This document shows positions 44,694 to 56,352 of a DNA stretch of 64,000 nt, piece after piece. The notes below the pieces were generated by a model. That model worked only from the letters and a program-made list of their open reading frames with translations, searched no databases and had not been told where the DNA came from. Position 1 is the stretch's first letter. Each line of letters begins with the position of its first letter. Source of the stretch: Eledone cirrhosa (lineage: Eukaryota); NCBI GenBank assembly GCA_964016885.1, contig OZ024752.1, forward strand, positions 22,010,001 through 22,074,000. The letters are read 5' to 3'. Position numbers and translations under genes: made by a program.

Positions 44694-46445
44694 ATGGAAA
44701 AGCCCATTACGGAAATGAGAAACCCAATTTCAAGACACATCGATGTGTCAACACCACAGGAAATGGTGAAAACCTTCGAGATGTGTGATTCAGAAATATT
44801 TTCTGGTTGGGGAAATTACAAAGATCGAACAGTTTTCAGCGATGCTATACTGGATACTATTGCTACTGTACAACAACTTACAACTTCTGTAATACAAGAT
44901 CCCGCCAGAAGTGCAGTAGTTCTCTCTGGGTGTGGTACATCAGGAAGATTGGCATTTCTTGTGGCTAGAGCCATGAATAAAAGACTGAAGGAAATGGGAT
45001 CGAATGAGACATGTTTCCGTTACATCATTGCCGGAGGAGACGAAGCACTGTTTACTTCACAAGAAATTTACGAAGATGATCCTCAGTTAGGTGCGGACTT
45101 ACTGATGAAAGCAACCTCAGAGAAAAGCTATGTTTTATACGTAGGCATCACTTGTGGACTTTCAGCGCCGTTCGTAGCTGGACAGTTGGACCACTGTATG
45201 AAACATTTGACGAAGTACACACCGGTTCTAATTGGGTTTAATCCCAGTAGCCAAGCTAGGAAAACCAGCATCGAAAAATGGGGAGGTAAGAGTTTTAGTG
45301 ATGTTATGGAATCTTATCTGGCAATTGTTGCAGAAGGTAAGGCATTTCTAATTAATCCAATAGTGGGACCTGAAGCTATTTGTGGTTCAAGCCGAATGAA
45401 GGGTGGATCAGTGACAAAAATTATATTAGAAAGTATTTTTATTCCAGCAATTTTGAAATCTTTGGATGAATTTAATTCTTTATCAATGCCTCCTCTGTCT
45501 AACCTACTTGCCAGTTACCAAGCAATCTGTCGAAGTGTCTATTCTAAGACAGATCAGATTGCACAGTTAATTGAATTATCAGGAAGCTGTCTCTGCTCAA
45601 ACTGTCATCTCTACTACCTCGGGTATAGCAGCATTGGCATTATGGCCTTGATTGACGCCTCGGAATGTTGTCCAACTTTTGGGTCTGACCCAACAGATGT
45701 GAATGCATATCTTGCTGGGGGTTATCACACATTGGCTAACCAAGAAGGGGATCTCAGTGTCCAAAATAGAGGATCAGACATATCACTGAAGTATTTTAAC
45801 GAATTTGCAGCTACACATTTAAAAGAAGGTGACTTGATTGTTGTTTTAAACAATGACGAAAGTAATGTTTCATTAACTTTGCCTTCTCTACCCAGACATA
45901 AAATAATTCAGCTTCAATTCATTCCCCATGCAATAATGAAACCTTCACTTGAAACAAAGAACCAGTTTATCAATTTTGAAATGCCTTGGTATGATATCTC
46001 TGATTTAACTAACAGTAAAATTGCCATAGAATGGTCAACAGCATTTTGTGAATTTGCGGCTAAAATAGTCCTCAACGCCATTTCTACAGGAGCACATATT
46101 TTAAAAGGGAAAGTTTATGAAAATATTATGGTGGACTTGAAACTAAGTAATAACAAACTTTACCATAGATCTATTGGTATTTTAATGGAGTTCACTGAAC
46201 TGAGTTGGGAAGAAGCAACAGAATATGTATTGCGTATGTTGTACAACACTGACAAACTATCGCCAGAACTGTTATGTCAACCTATCAGTAATCATATAGA
46301 AATAGCAAAAAAGACAAATAAAGTGTTACCAACAGCTCTTTTGACTGCGATCAATAAATGTTCAGTGAGTGAGGCAAAGCAGATACTGGCTGGGCATATT
46401 GCTGTGAGGAAAGTCATAGCAGATAATGTGATACGTAAATATTGA
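44694..46445 (+). CDS. GCKR: Glucokinase regulatory protein-like (tandem SIS domains, MurQ/GKRP family), 583 aa, single coding exon
   Basis: PITEMRNP, SGCGTSGRLA, IIAGGD.AL..SQE..ED, GITCGLSAPFVAGQL, GPEAICGSSRMKGGS, DASECCPTF, NAISTGAHILKGKVYENIMVDL..SNNKL; ACCATGG start context. Confidence 0.9.
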   Translation: MEKPITEMRNPISRHIDVSTPQEMVKTFEMCDSEIFSGWGNYKDRTVFSDAILDTIATVQQLTTSVIQDPARSAVVLSGCGTSGRLAFLVARAMNKRLKEMGSNETCFRYIIAGGDEALFTSQEIYEDDPQLGADLLMKATSEKSYVLYVGITCGLSAPFVAGQLDHCMKHLTKYTPVLIGFNPSSQARKTSIEKWGGKSFSDVMESYLAIVAEGKAFLINPIVGPEAICGSSRMKGGSVTKIILESIFIPAILKSLDEFNSLSMPPLSNLLASYQAICRSVYSKTDQIAQLIELSGSCLCSNCHLYYLGYSSIGIMALIDASECCPTFGSDPTDVNAYLAGGYHTLANQEGDLSVQNRGSDISLKYFNEFAATHLKEGDLIVVLNNDESNVSLTLPSLPRHKIIQLQFIPHAIMKPSLETKNQFINFEMPWYDISDLTNSKIAIEWSTAFCEFAAKIVLNAISTGAHILKGKVYENIMVDLKLSNNKLYHRSIGILMEFTELSWEEATEYVLRMLYNTDKLSPELLCQPISNHIEIAKKTNKVLPTALLTAINKCSVSEAKQILAGHIAVRKVIADNVIRKY

Positions 46446-46529
46446 TATGATGTTACATACATCATTTCAGAATAATAATATATTAATGAGTCACAGCAGA
46501 TAATGTGAGATGTAAATATGACAAGATGT

Positions 46530-46866
46530 TACACCTGTGGACATGCCGACAAAATCAGAAAACAGTACAGCTCGCATGATTTTTGGAAACATTTTTTCAT
46601 GCTCAGAGTTGCTGAAACATGGAACAAACTATATGCATCAGTTGTTAGCTATCGGGACACTGCATCCTTCAAAACTCCCATGCTTCCTGAAATTCGCCAA
46701 CATTACACTTGATATCCCCCCTCCATACACATGCATGCATGTATCTGTGTGTATATCATCACTCATACACTGTTCACTTTCCTGACATTTGTACATTATT
46801 CTGTGTACTATACATGCATATTTGATGAATTGTAGTGCACCTGAGTACAATAATTTTCATTATTAT
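46530..46866 (+). mobile_element. 5'-truncated CR1/L2-type LINE
   Basis: CGHADKIRK..FFMLRVAETWNKL..VV...SFK C-terminal motif and TTTCATTATTATT tail. Confidence 0.75.
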
Positions 46867-47459
46867 TTTATACATCATTTCTGAGTAATAATATATTAAC
46901 AAGTCACAGCAGATAATGTGAGATGTTAACTGTAACATACATGATAGGGGCTCCTGAAACGATATTTGTGGATTATAACTGGGGCCAGATTAAAGCAAGT
47001 AAGGGCCCTGGGCTAGAGAACATTTAGGGCCCTTAGTACCTTACTGCAAAAAACTTGAAAAAAATTCCATGTCCATAAATGTAGGCCTACACTGGAACAA
47101 TGCTGAGATTCTAGCATCAATCTATGGCGACCCCTCAGAGATGACACCCAATGAAAAAGAAATATATTTAATCACAATTATAATGTAGATGTTGACAAAA
47201 ATTTCGTTTTAGATAGCTATATATTTAAAACTGAACGGGGCCTCATGAATTATGAGGCCCACTTAGTCCACATGTAAATCTAGTACTGACTATAAAAGAC
47301 ATTAAATATAAATAGTGACATGGCTACCTCAAAAGGTTGTTGGTAGAGAGATCAATTAAAAAAAGAACCATTGAAATATTTAGTTCAGTATGGCCTGATT
47401 TTGAATAAATCTTCATTTATATTAAAAATACTAGCTTGTTTATCTTCTGTGTTCATGGC

Positions 47460-47958
47460 ATCTTTCACCTTCTAGCAGCGAAGGTGATATTCTTATTTTT
47501 TGGGGATGCAAAAGACATTGTGTTTATTGACTATTTTCAAAAGAGCCACACCATCAATGGAGAGTACTACGCCAACTTGCTGAGGCAGTTATGAAAGGCT
47601 ATCATGACCAAATGCCCAGGGAAAATGATGAAAGGGGTCTTGTTTCATCAGGACAATGCTCCAGCATGGTTTCAATAGGTGCTGTGCGTAACTAGCTTTG
47701 AACTGGTTGATTATCCTCCCCAATTCTCCTGATTTAGCTCCATCTGTTCCCCAACATGAAAAAACACTTGCCTGGGAACCATTATCGCAGTGGTAAGGAC
47801 ATCATATCTGTTGTTGACCTTCTTCACCAATGAGATCTTAGTACTGCAACATTAATGGAAGGAACTGCAAGGGGGACTATATTGAAAAATAAACCTCATT
47901 TGGTCACATTCCATAAGAGTATCTTGGTCAGTCTATGAGCATTTCAGCTGACCCTCAT
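47460..47958 (+). mobile_element. Degenerate mariner transposase remnant
   Basis: KV..FFGDAKDIVFIDYFQKSHTINGEYYANLL..KGVLFHQDNAPA and a decayed HPPYSPDLAP region, with stops. Confidence 0.8.
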
Positions 47959-48702
47959 AGATTACCAAAACTAGGGAGATTGTCATCCTTGACACAACTG
48001 AAGATTTCTCCCAAGCTTTCTCTGGCTGGATTCCCTTCCTTTCACGAACTACTTTACAGCATTTATCCTGTAGATCACCAACACTAGAAAGGTGTTCCTG
48101 CCATTGACACAACTGAAGGGTCATCTCAACCATTTTGGCATGGTTTCTACAGAGGGGTACTTTTCCTATCCCAAATCATCTTACAAAGTTTAATATAATA
48201 TAATGGTTTCTGATTTAGGCACAAGGTCAACAACTTTTGTGCTGAGGAATAAATCAATTAAATCGACACCAAGGCATTTTATTTACCCCGTAAGGATGAA
48301 AGGCAAAGCTCACCTCAGCATAATTTGAACTCAGAACATGAAAAGTCCATGCCACAAAGCATGTTGACCAATACTGCCAATCCACCACCCTCAGACATAA
48401 TATAATCGTTTCTACTTTTGGCACAAGGCCAGCATTTACCCCAATGCGTTACTGGTACTTTATTTTATCAACCCTGTAAGGATGAAAGGGATTTGAACTC
48501 AGATCGTAAAGGGCCGTAACTCTATGCTGCAAAGCATGGTGTCCGAACCTCTACCAATACTGCCAATGATAGTTAACAGCTATGGATTACTTCTGTAGAC
48601 TATGATAATACTAATATCTTTGATATGTTGATGTAAAGAATATGAGTATGTTAATAGTATTAGATATTCTGATGTATGTATCTTGGTGGTGATATATATT
48701 GT

Positions 48703-49165
48703 CATCATCATCATCATCGTTTTACATTCATTTTACCATGCTTACATGGGTTGGATGAGTTGTTTCCAGCATAGAGTCTCACAACTTGTAGTCCTTTATT
48801 ATCTCAACTATAAGCTTCTATGACTTGATTAACTCTCACCACTTTCGCCCAGGTCTTCCTCTACTGCGGTTTCATGGCATTTCTTCCTCTCCAGCAATCA
48901 TCATTCATATGCATCACATGTCCATACCACTGCAGTTTTCAAGCCTACACACTACAGCTTATCCATATCTTGTTCATTGCACATCCAATGGAGCATGCTC
49001 ACTTCATTTCTCTAATGCTTTCACATATCGTCTACATTCACTGGCCATGTCTCACTCCTATGCAACATTGCATAGGCATCATAAGCTAACCTTTCATAGT
49101 AAATCGAGGTAGTAGCTCCCTGAACTCCATACACCCTGTTCTTATTCTGGCTACTATGCTAGAAT
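48703..49165 (-). mobile_element. Degenerate RTE LINE 3' fragment with (ATG)n tail
   Basis: Reverse strand gives RGRPGRKW-like and W.GHV-like motifs; same tail as the other RTE copies. Confidence 0.55.
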
Positions 49166-49984
49166 AAATCTGTCTTAATTCATGGTTATTTTCCAAACAT
49201 TAATTGGAAATCAGTGTCTTTCATTAGAAATATGGCAACAAAAGGGTTAACTATGGAGAGAAACCTGTTTCCAACCTGTTCTTGTTCTAGTTACTATGCT
49301 CTCAGAATAACCCCCTACACTGCTAATTAGATCAACTAGGTAGCAGAAGCTACCAACCACTTCTATGGGTCTTTCCTAGGATTGGAAAAAATGTCAGATG
49401 CTCTCACTATCCCTGTGTATTCAAGATTTACATTGTTTTACCTACTTCTTTATTACATGTAAAGAAGATCACTTCCTTAATGGGATCAAGATCATATCTT
49501 CTTTCTCACTTTCTAAAACATTTTCCCAAATTTACTCTAAGCCTTTTTGATTCTAAAAAGCTTAAACCTTTCATAACCATTTATCTAATAAAAGACAGTT
49601 TATGATTTTCAATTAACTTAATTAAGAATTTGGAGGGATCCATATAAGTAATTTTCTCATTAAGCGGAATATAACTTAATAAAGGTTCTTACATAAATTT
49701 TCATGGAAGGTATTTAGATAAGTATAAGCATCATAACCGTTTAACATCCATTTTTCCAGACTGGCATGGGTTAGATGAGTTTTCCGGCTGAGAGACAAGT
49801 CAGGTCAGATGATCATGTCTTGTTTATACAGAACTATTTCTGGCTGCATTTCTACAGCTGGATGCCCTTCTTAACACCAAACTACATTTACTGTTGGCTG
49901 GGTACTTTTTATCATGGCACCAAAATGACCACTTTCTGTTGTAGAACCAGAATGACTATTTTACACTGTGGACTGGGCACTTAT

Positions 49985-50575
49985 CTTGGAAAACTGGGGA
50001 AAAAATCCAGGATATTCTCAGGAACAGGGAACCTTGGAAAATCCGAGGATCGGGAATCTGGGAATGTCCAAAGAAAACCTGGAAAATCCAAGGAACCGGG
50101 AATCTGAAGATCAGAAAATCCGAAAAATAAATAATCTTGGATAATCTGGGAAACCCGAGCATCATCTTGAAAAATCCAAGGAACCGGGAATCTGAAAATC
50201 TCTGAAAATCAAAAGAGAATCCAATGAAAATCTGGGGAAACATGAATTTGGGAAATTCCAAGGATGTTTGAGAATCTGGGAAATTCCAAGAAAAATCTTG
50301 GCAAATTGGGGAAAACTATAGGAATTGGGAATCTGGCAAAATCCGAGGAAAGTTTTGAAAAATCCAATGATAATTTGGTAAAAATCAGAGCTATTGGGAA
50401 ATTCCAAGGAAAATTTGGTGAAATCTGAGATATTGGGAATCTGGGGAAATCCAATGATAATCTTGAAAAACCTGAGGAATCGGGACTTTGGATAATGTGG
50501 GAAAATCCAAGGAATTCGGAACGGGAAAAATCCGAGGAATCGGGATTCTGAAAACTTTTGAGGATTTAGGAAACT
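49985..50575. repeat. Degenerate GGAA/AATC-rich tandem repeat
   Basis: Recurrent GGAATCTGGG, GAAAATCCAAGGAA and ATCCGAGGAATCGGG units. Confidence 0.7.
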
Positions 50576-51616
50576 TCTGATTAAGCAGAACATGATTGAA
50601 AGGTTCTTACATAAAATTTTGATGGAAAGTATTTAAATAAGTATAAACACTATCACTGCTTAACGTCCATTTTTCCACACTTAGCATCAGTTAAAAGTGT
50701 TGTCTTGCTGTGGAACCAGAACAACCACTTTACAGCAATCTATCTGGTCTGATTACCGTGACTTGCTTATACAGAACTGTTTCTAGCTTCCTTTCTACAG
50801 TGATGGCTGGGTGCTTTATATCATAACACCAAAATGACCACTTTACAGTGTGGTCCGGGCACTTTTTGCTGTGGAACCAGAACGACCACTTTACAGTGTG
50901 GTCTGGGCACATTTTGTTGTAACACCAGCATGAAAAGTAGTCAATTAGGAAGTCTGTATATGCATACTAGATATACTAGAAATAGCACCCAAATCCACTA
51001 TAAATCATGCCCCTATTACTTCAGGGACCAGTCAAATGTGGGTTGGTGTGAAAACTTTAGCAACATCATCACTAGAAAAAGTACACAAGTACACAAACTT
51101 GCCAGACCTGCTAGAAATAGCAACTAAATCTTCAAATTACACCATACTGTCTTATAAAGGACATTGAATAATATAGTCCTAGCTATACTAGATCTGAATA
51201 AAAGATAAGATAGTCAGAATTGGAAAGTTTTTAATTACATATTTACTGCATTAGTGCTGACCTGGGAGATAAACAACAACAAAATAGAACAAATTTATTA
51301 TTACTGCATCTCTTTATTATATTGTATGCATATCATTATTATTATAACCCGGGAGAATATTGCTGATGGAGAAGAAAGAGGGATAATGAAAGAGAGCTGA
51401 TAAGAAATTATTACATGATTAACTACAGCATACTAGTAAAGTAGAAATATATATATATAGAGAGAGAGAGTGTAGAAGGAGTTGGGAATATAAGATACTA
51501 ATTTGTTTTCGTTGCCCTCGTGTTGGTGGTTTACCTGTTCACCAACTGTTTATAAGGGGAGAGAATGAAACCATAGCACTCTCCTCTGTTGAAGGATAAT
51601 AATAACCGGAGGATAT

Positions 51617-51655
51617 TTAGGAAATCTTTATGTCAGCAAATGATTTCTCCAAAGT
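51617..51655 (-). CDS. ARPC1: ARPC1 last coding exon (TLEKSFADIKIS*)
   Basis: tctcttttcag acceptor, phase 0; resembles the ARPC1 C-terminus SLESxxxxLKI. Confidence 0.8.
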   Translation of the reverse strand, partial: TLEKSFADIKIS

Positions 51656-52612
51656 CTGAAAAGAGAGAATGAAAGAAGCAAGTGTATTTAAAAAGAGAAA
51701 GCTTGGTATAATATAATCACTCTACAGACATTTTATCAGGCTGTCAGATGTACACTAGGATCTGTCAAAAACGTTCTAAAATTTTCATTTAGAATTCGTG
51801 GAACACAAATGTATGAAAAAAAGGGGTTAGAGGAAGAGAGAGCAAATGTTTTCAAATGCTTTCATTAAAGGAAATGAAAGCTAGGGAGTTGGTGACAGGG
51901 GATGCAGACAATAAGTAAAATGAAGAAGCTTAAGTACTCTTGCTTAAGTAGGGAAAAATGGCCTGAAAATGCTTATGTATGTGTATAGATATATACACAT
52001 ACATATGCCAGAAAATACGAATTTCCCTGTAAATTGAACCCTTATCCAACCACAAGAAAACATGTATTTTATGGGTATAGATACACACATTCGCTCTTAG
52101 TATTATTCTGAAATGCATATCCTAATTTGCATATAATTTGTGCTTGTGTTGGTAATTAATTAAGATTGTATATTCTAATTTTATATATATATATATATCA
52201 TCGTTTAACATCCATTTACCATGCTAGCATGGATTAGACGGGTTGCCCTATTTGAGGCAAGTCGAGGTCAGATGACCATGTCTTACTTATACAGAACCGA
52301 TTTGGGCTTGGTTTCTACAGCTGGATGTTCTTCCTTATGCCAACCAAATTTACAGTGTGGGTTGGGTGCTCTTCATAACAAACACTATTTTTTTTTTTAC
52401 TGTAGGATGTTGTTAGATGTCCTTGGTAATGCTGACTACCCAATTCTGTTTGATAGACTCAAGTTTCCTGACTAATCAAAGTTATGGATTTACATTGGTA
52501 CAACCAAAATATTCATAATATATTTTGAATTAAGCCCCAGCATCCTAAGTAAATAACATCAATAAGTAAATAGACAGACAGATAAGAATGATAATTAAAA
52601 TTGTCAACAAAC

Positions 52613-52703
52613 CTTTACATCCCAAATTATGAGGTTACCATCAATACCAGAGGTGGAGAACTTGGAACAGCTTTCCTTAGTTCCAGTATGAACAACGATT
52701 TGT
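52613..52703 (-). CDS. ARPC1: ARPC1 exon (QIVVHTGTKESCSKFSTSGIDGNLIIWDVK)
   Basis: ttcttcag / gtttgt boundaries; phases consistent; WD40 motif. Confidence 0.9.
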
Positions 52704-52924
52704 CTGAAGAACAAAGAAAGAAACGATTTACTGCCAATCACCAGCAACAAATGAAATTAAATTTACAGCTCACACATATACAAGTTTAGCTGACTTCCTA
52801 TGATGTTTTATCTCACAGGAGACTTCTCATGAAATAAAGTGTCTTGTTGAAGAACACAACTTCATGTTTGTGAGTCCAACATACTAGCCACCAGGCATAT
52901 GCAAAGATTTTATAAACACACACA

Positions 52925-54667
52925 CATATATATATATACATAATTCTTTGTCAATGTCTGTCCGTTTCCTTATGCATTCTCAAATGGCTCGACCAAATCA
53001 AATCAAATTTTACAAGTATTAGACCCCGGGATTAATATAATATGTAATTTTTATTTTCATTTAGATCAAAATAATATGACATTTTATCTAAAATAATCTT
53101 TCAACTATAGTAAACAACATTTTATAACATCATGACAACGACGTCACATTTTGTATATGAGTGTGTATGTGTGTTTGCGCATTTGTTACGTATGTTAGGC
53201 CTTATTAAGTTGTATACACATTATCTTCACACACACACATCTACACATACATATGTGATGACTGACAAGTATATGTGTATGTGTGTGAGTATACATACAT
53301 TTCTGTGATGACTGACATAACGAACGAACACACACATCTAAAGAGAAAGAGAGACTGATGTCCCACAAAAGTCTATAATCGGGTTACAATATAGATCAAA
53401 GTATCAGTTGAATATTTAACAATATTGTGTTAGCTTTTATAAAGCGTACATATGTATATATGTGTATGTATATATATATATATGTGTGTACATGTGCATA
53501 CTTATATTTAGGCTACTAAGCCGACGTGTACTTAAGAAAATACCATATATTTGCAACCGTTCAACAGACTGGCAGAAGTATAGTCCTGATGAAGGGTAAT
53601 CACCCAGAAACATGTTGATTGTTCCTCAAAGCTAGTGTTGAACAAACAGGTGATGATCCGTCACCGGCACGACACAGCTTCAAATCGGGCTGTTTGTTTA
53701 CAAATGAATAGAACATTATTATTAATGTTCGACATAACCCATATGTATATGTATATATGTGCATGTGTATATATATATATATGTGTGTATGTGTGCATAC
53801 TTACATTTATGTATCAGCTGTGTTAGGGCGAGAAATAAAATTCTTTGATTTTACAGAACACAGAAAAAAATGGATATTATTTGAAATTAATCTACGGTGT
53901 TTATTAATTTATCTTTTTGAGGATAGTGTCATGTTATTGAGCTAATTCAGAATATGAGCCGGGAAACAGGAAGGTTAAGACAAGACGATTGTAACTTCCT
54001 GAAAGTGTACAGAACCTGAGACAGGAAACAGAAAGATTAAGTCAAGAAGAAAGACTATTGCAATAAACAGAGGTTCAATATGAAAATCACCAAGAAGTAA
54101 TAACAGTTGCCATGTAAACTCGACAAGCACAAACGACTCTTCAAGGCAGAATAAACTGGCTAAGAGCTGTGTTTTCATATGATCCATCGAAGAATTATAG
54201 AAATGATCCTAAAGTCGTGATTGGTAGCATGGGTATTATACTTGGCATGTGTTGCTTAGCAGGAAAGGTCAGACTTCCACTGATAGAGGACCCTCCAGTT
54301 TTTATCCATATACTACTTACAGTCTGTAGTAACGAAACTAAACACTACAGAAGCAATGTTATGCTTCTTATATTCCTAAGTTTCAGATGACGTCCTTTGG
54401 AGCTGAAAAAGATCATACTGACTATAGTTATATCACAACATTTAAAATCCAAGGCCAATGCTACCATTTAATTGGCAGTTTACTACCAGAGCCTAATAAG
54501 GAAGTTTTATAATAGTTTTTTTTTATGTCTGTCTCTCACACACACACACACACACACAAACATTACAGTCTCACCTCATATCAAACAACACATCCAATAT
54601 AGTCATTATCTCTTTTATCCGTCTTCTCTTGACTGTTCTCCCGGGTGAAGCCCGGTACATCAGCTAG
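52925..54667 (+). mobile_element. Probable Helitron in an ARPC1 intron, containing a Penelope-terminus fragment
   Basis: 3' end CCGGGTGAAGCCCGG hairpin + TACATCAG + CTAG|T is clear; the 5' boundary is approximate. Confidence 0.5.
53581..53621 (+). ncRNA. Hammerhead ribozyme candidate (relative of the 25502 family), antisense to ARPC1
   Basis: TAGTC-CTGATGA-AGGGT(AATC)ACCCA-GAAA-CATG-TT-GATTG; flanks 53510-53830 resemble 25440-25730. Confidence 0.6.
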
Positions 54668-54790
54668 TATATATATATATATATATCTCATCATAATATA
54701 TACACAAACAGATATGTAGAGACAAATACACTGATAGGAAGACAGTGAGACAGGTGTAGTGACAAGCAGACAATTAAAATGAAGACTTAC

Positions 54791-54883
54791 GTGATCGCGT
54801 TCTGATGAAGAGTCTTCATCGATTTCGAAGAATCATCCGGACCCACTGCCATTCGATCCAAGTCTCGGAATCTCTGCATTGCA
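54791..54883 (-). CDS. ARPC1: ARPC1 exon (SAMQRFRDLDRMAVGPDDSSKSMKTLHQNAIT)
   Basis: tattgcag / gtaagt boundaries; SAMQRF..LD and LHQN.IT motifs. Confidence 0.9.
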
Positions 54884-56352
54884 CTGCAATATAGAGAGTG
54901 AGTAGAGAGAGTGGTAGTGTGTGAGATAGAGAGAGAGAACACTGCAATATAGAGAGTGAGTAGAGAGAGTGGTAGTGTGAGATAGAGAGAGAGAATACTG
55001 CAACATAGAGAGTGAGTAGAGAGAGTGGTTGTGTGTGAGATAGAGAGAACACTGCAACATAGAGAGTGAGTAGAGAGAGAGAACACTGCAATATAGAGAG
55101 TGAGTAGAGAGAGTGAGAGAGTGAGTAGAGAGAGTGGTAGTGTGAGATAGAGAGAGAGAATACTGCAACATAGAGAGCGAGTAGAGAGAGAGAGAACACT
55201 GCAATATAGAGAGTGAGTAGAGAGAGTGGTTGTGTGTGAGATAGAGAGAGAGTAGAGAGAGTGGTAGTGTGTGAGATAGAGAGAGAGAGAGAACACTGCA
55301 ATATAGAGAGAGTAGAGAGAGTGGTTGTGTGTGAGATAGAGAGAGAGAATACTGCAATATAGAGAGTGAGTAGAGAGAGTGGTAGTGCGTGAGATAGAGA
55401 ACACTGCAATATAGAGAGTGGTAGTGTGAGATAGAGAGAGAGAGAATACTGCAACATAGAGAGTGAGTAGAGAGAGTGGTTGTGTGTGAGATAGAGAGAG
55501 AGAACACTGCAATATAGAGAGTGAGTAGAGAGAGTGGTAGTGTGTGAGATAGAGAGAACACTGCAATATAGAGAGTGAGTAGAGAGAGTGGTTGTGTGAG
55601 ATAGAGAGAGAGAATACTGCAATATAGAGAGTGAGTAGAGAGAGTGGTTGTGTGTGAGATAGAGAGAGAGAACACTGCAATATAGAGAGTGAGTAGAGAG
55701 AGTGGTAGTGCGTGAGATAGAGAGAGAGAGAGCGAACACTGCAATATAGAGAGTGAGTAGGGAGAGTGGTAGTGTGAGATAGAGAGAGAGAATACTGCAA
55801 CATAGAGAGTGAGTAGAGAGTGGTTGTGTGTGAGATAGAGAGAGAGAACACTGCAATATAGAGAGTGAGTAGAGAGAGTGGTTGTGTGTGAGATAGAGAG
55901 AGAGAACACTGCAATATAGAGAGTGAGTAGAGAGAGAGAGAACACTGCAATATAGAGAGTGAGTAGAGAGTGGTTGTGTGTGAGATAGAGAGAGAGAACA
56001 CTGCAATATAGAGAGTGAGTAGAGAGAGTGGTAGTGTGTGAGATAGAGAGAGAGAACACTGCAACATAGAGAGTGAGTAGAGAGTGGTAGTGTGTGAGAT
56101 AGAGAGAGAGAACACTGCAATATAGAGAGTGAGTAGAGAGAGAGAGAACACTGCAATATAGAGAGTGGGTAGAGAGAGTGGTAGTGTGTGAGATAGAGAG
56201 AGAGAACACTGCAACATAGAGAGTGAGTAGAGAGAGTGGTAGTGCGTGAGATAGAGAGAGAACACTGCAATATAGAGAGTGAGAACACTGCAATATAGAG
56301 AGTGAGTAGAGAGAGTGGTTGTGTGTGAGATAGAGACAACACTGCAATATAG
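54884..56352. repeat. ~55-bp purine/pyrimidine-skewed minisatellite, ~28 units, each containing TTGCAG|T on the minus strand
   Basis: ACTGCAA(T/C)ATAGAGAGTGAGTAGAGAGAGTGG(T/A)GTGTGTGAGATAGAGAGAGAGAAC repeated. Confidence 0.95.

Noticed and set aside
44685-46445. Bacterial murQ contamination or recent horizontal transfer
   Set aside because: Length (~580 aa, two SIS domains) and motifs fit animal GKRP, and the flanks are host repeats. The GTG start at 44685 was rejected in favour of the ATG at 44694.
54802-54830. CTGATGAAGAGTCTTCATC as a hammerhead
   Set aside because: No properly placed GAAA or stems; it is the antisense of an ARPC1 coding exon.
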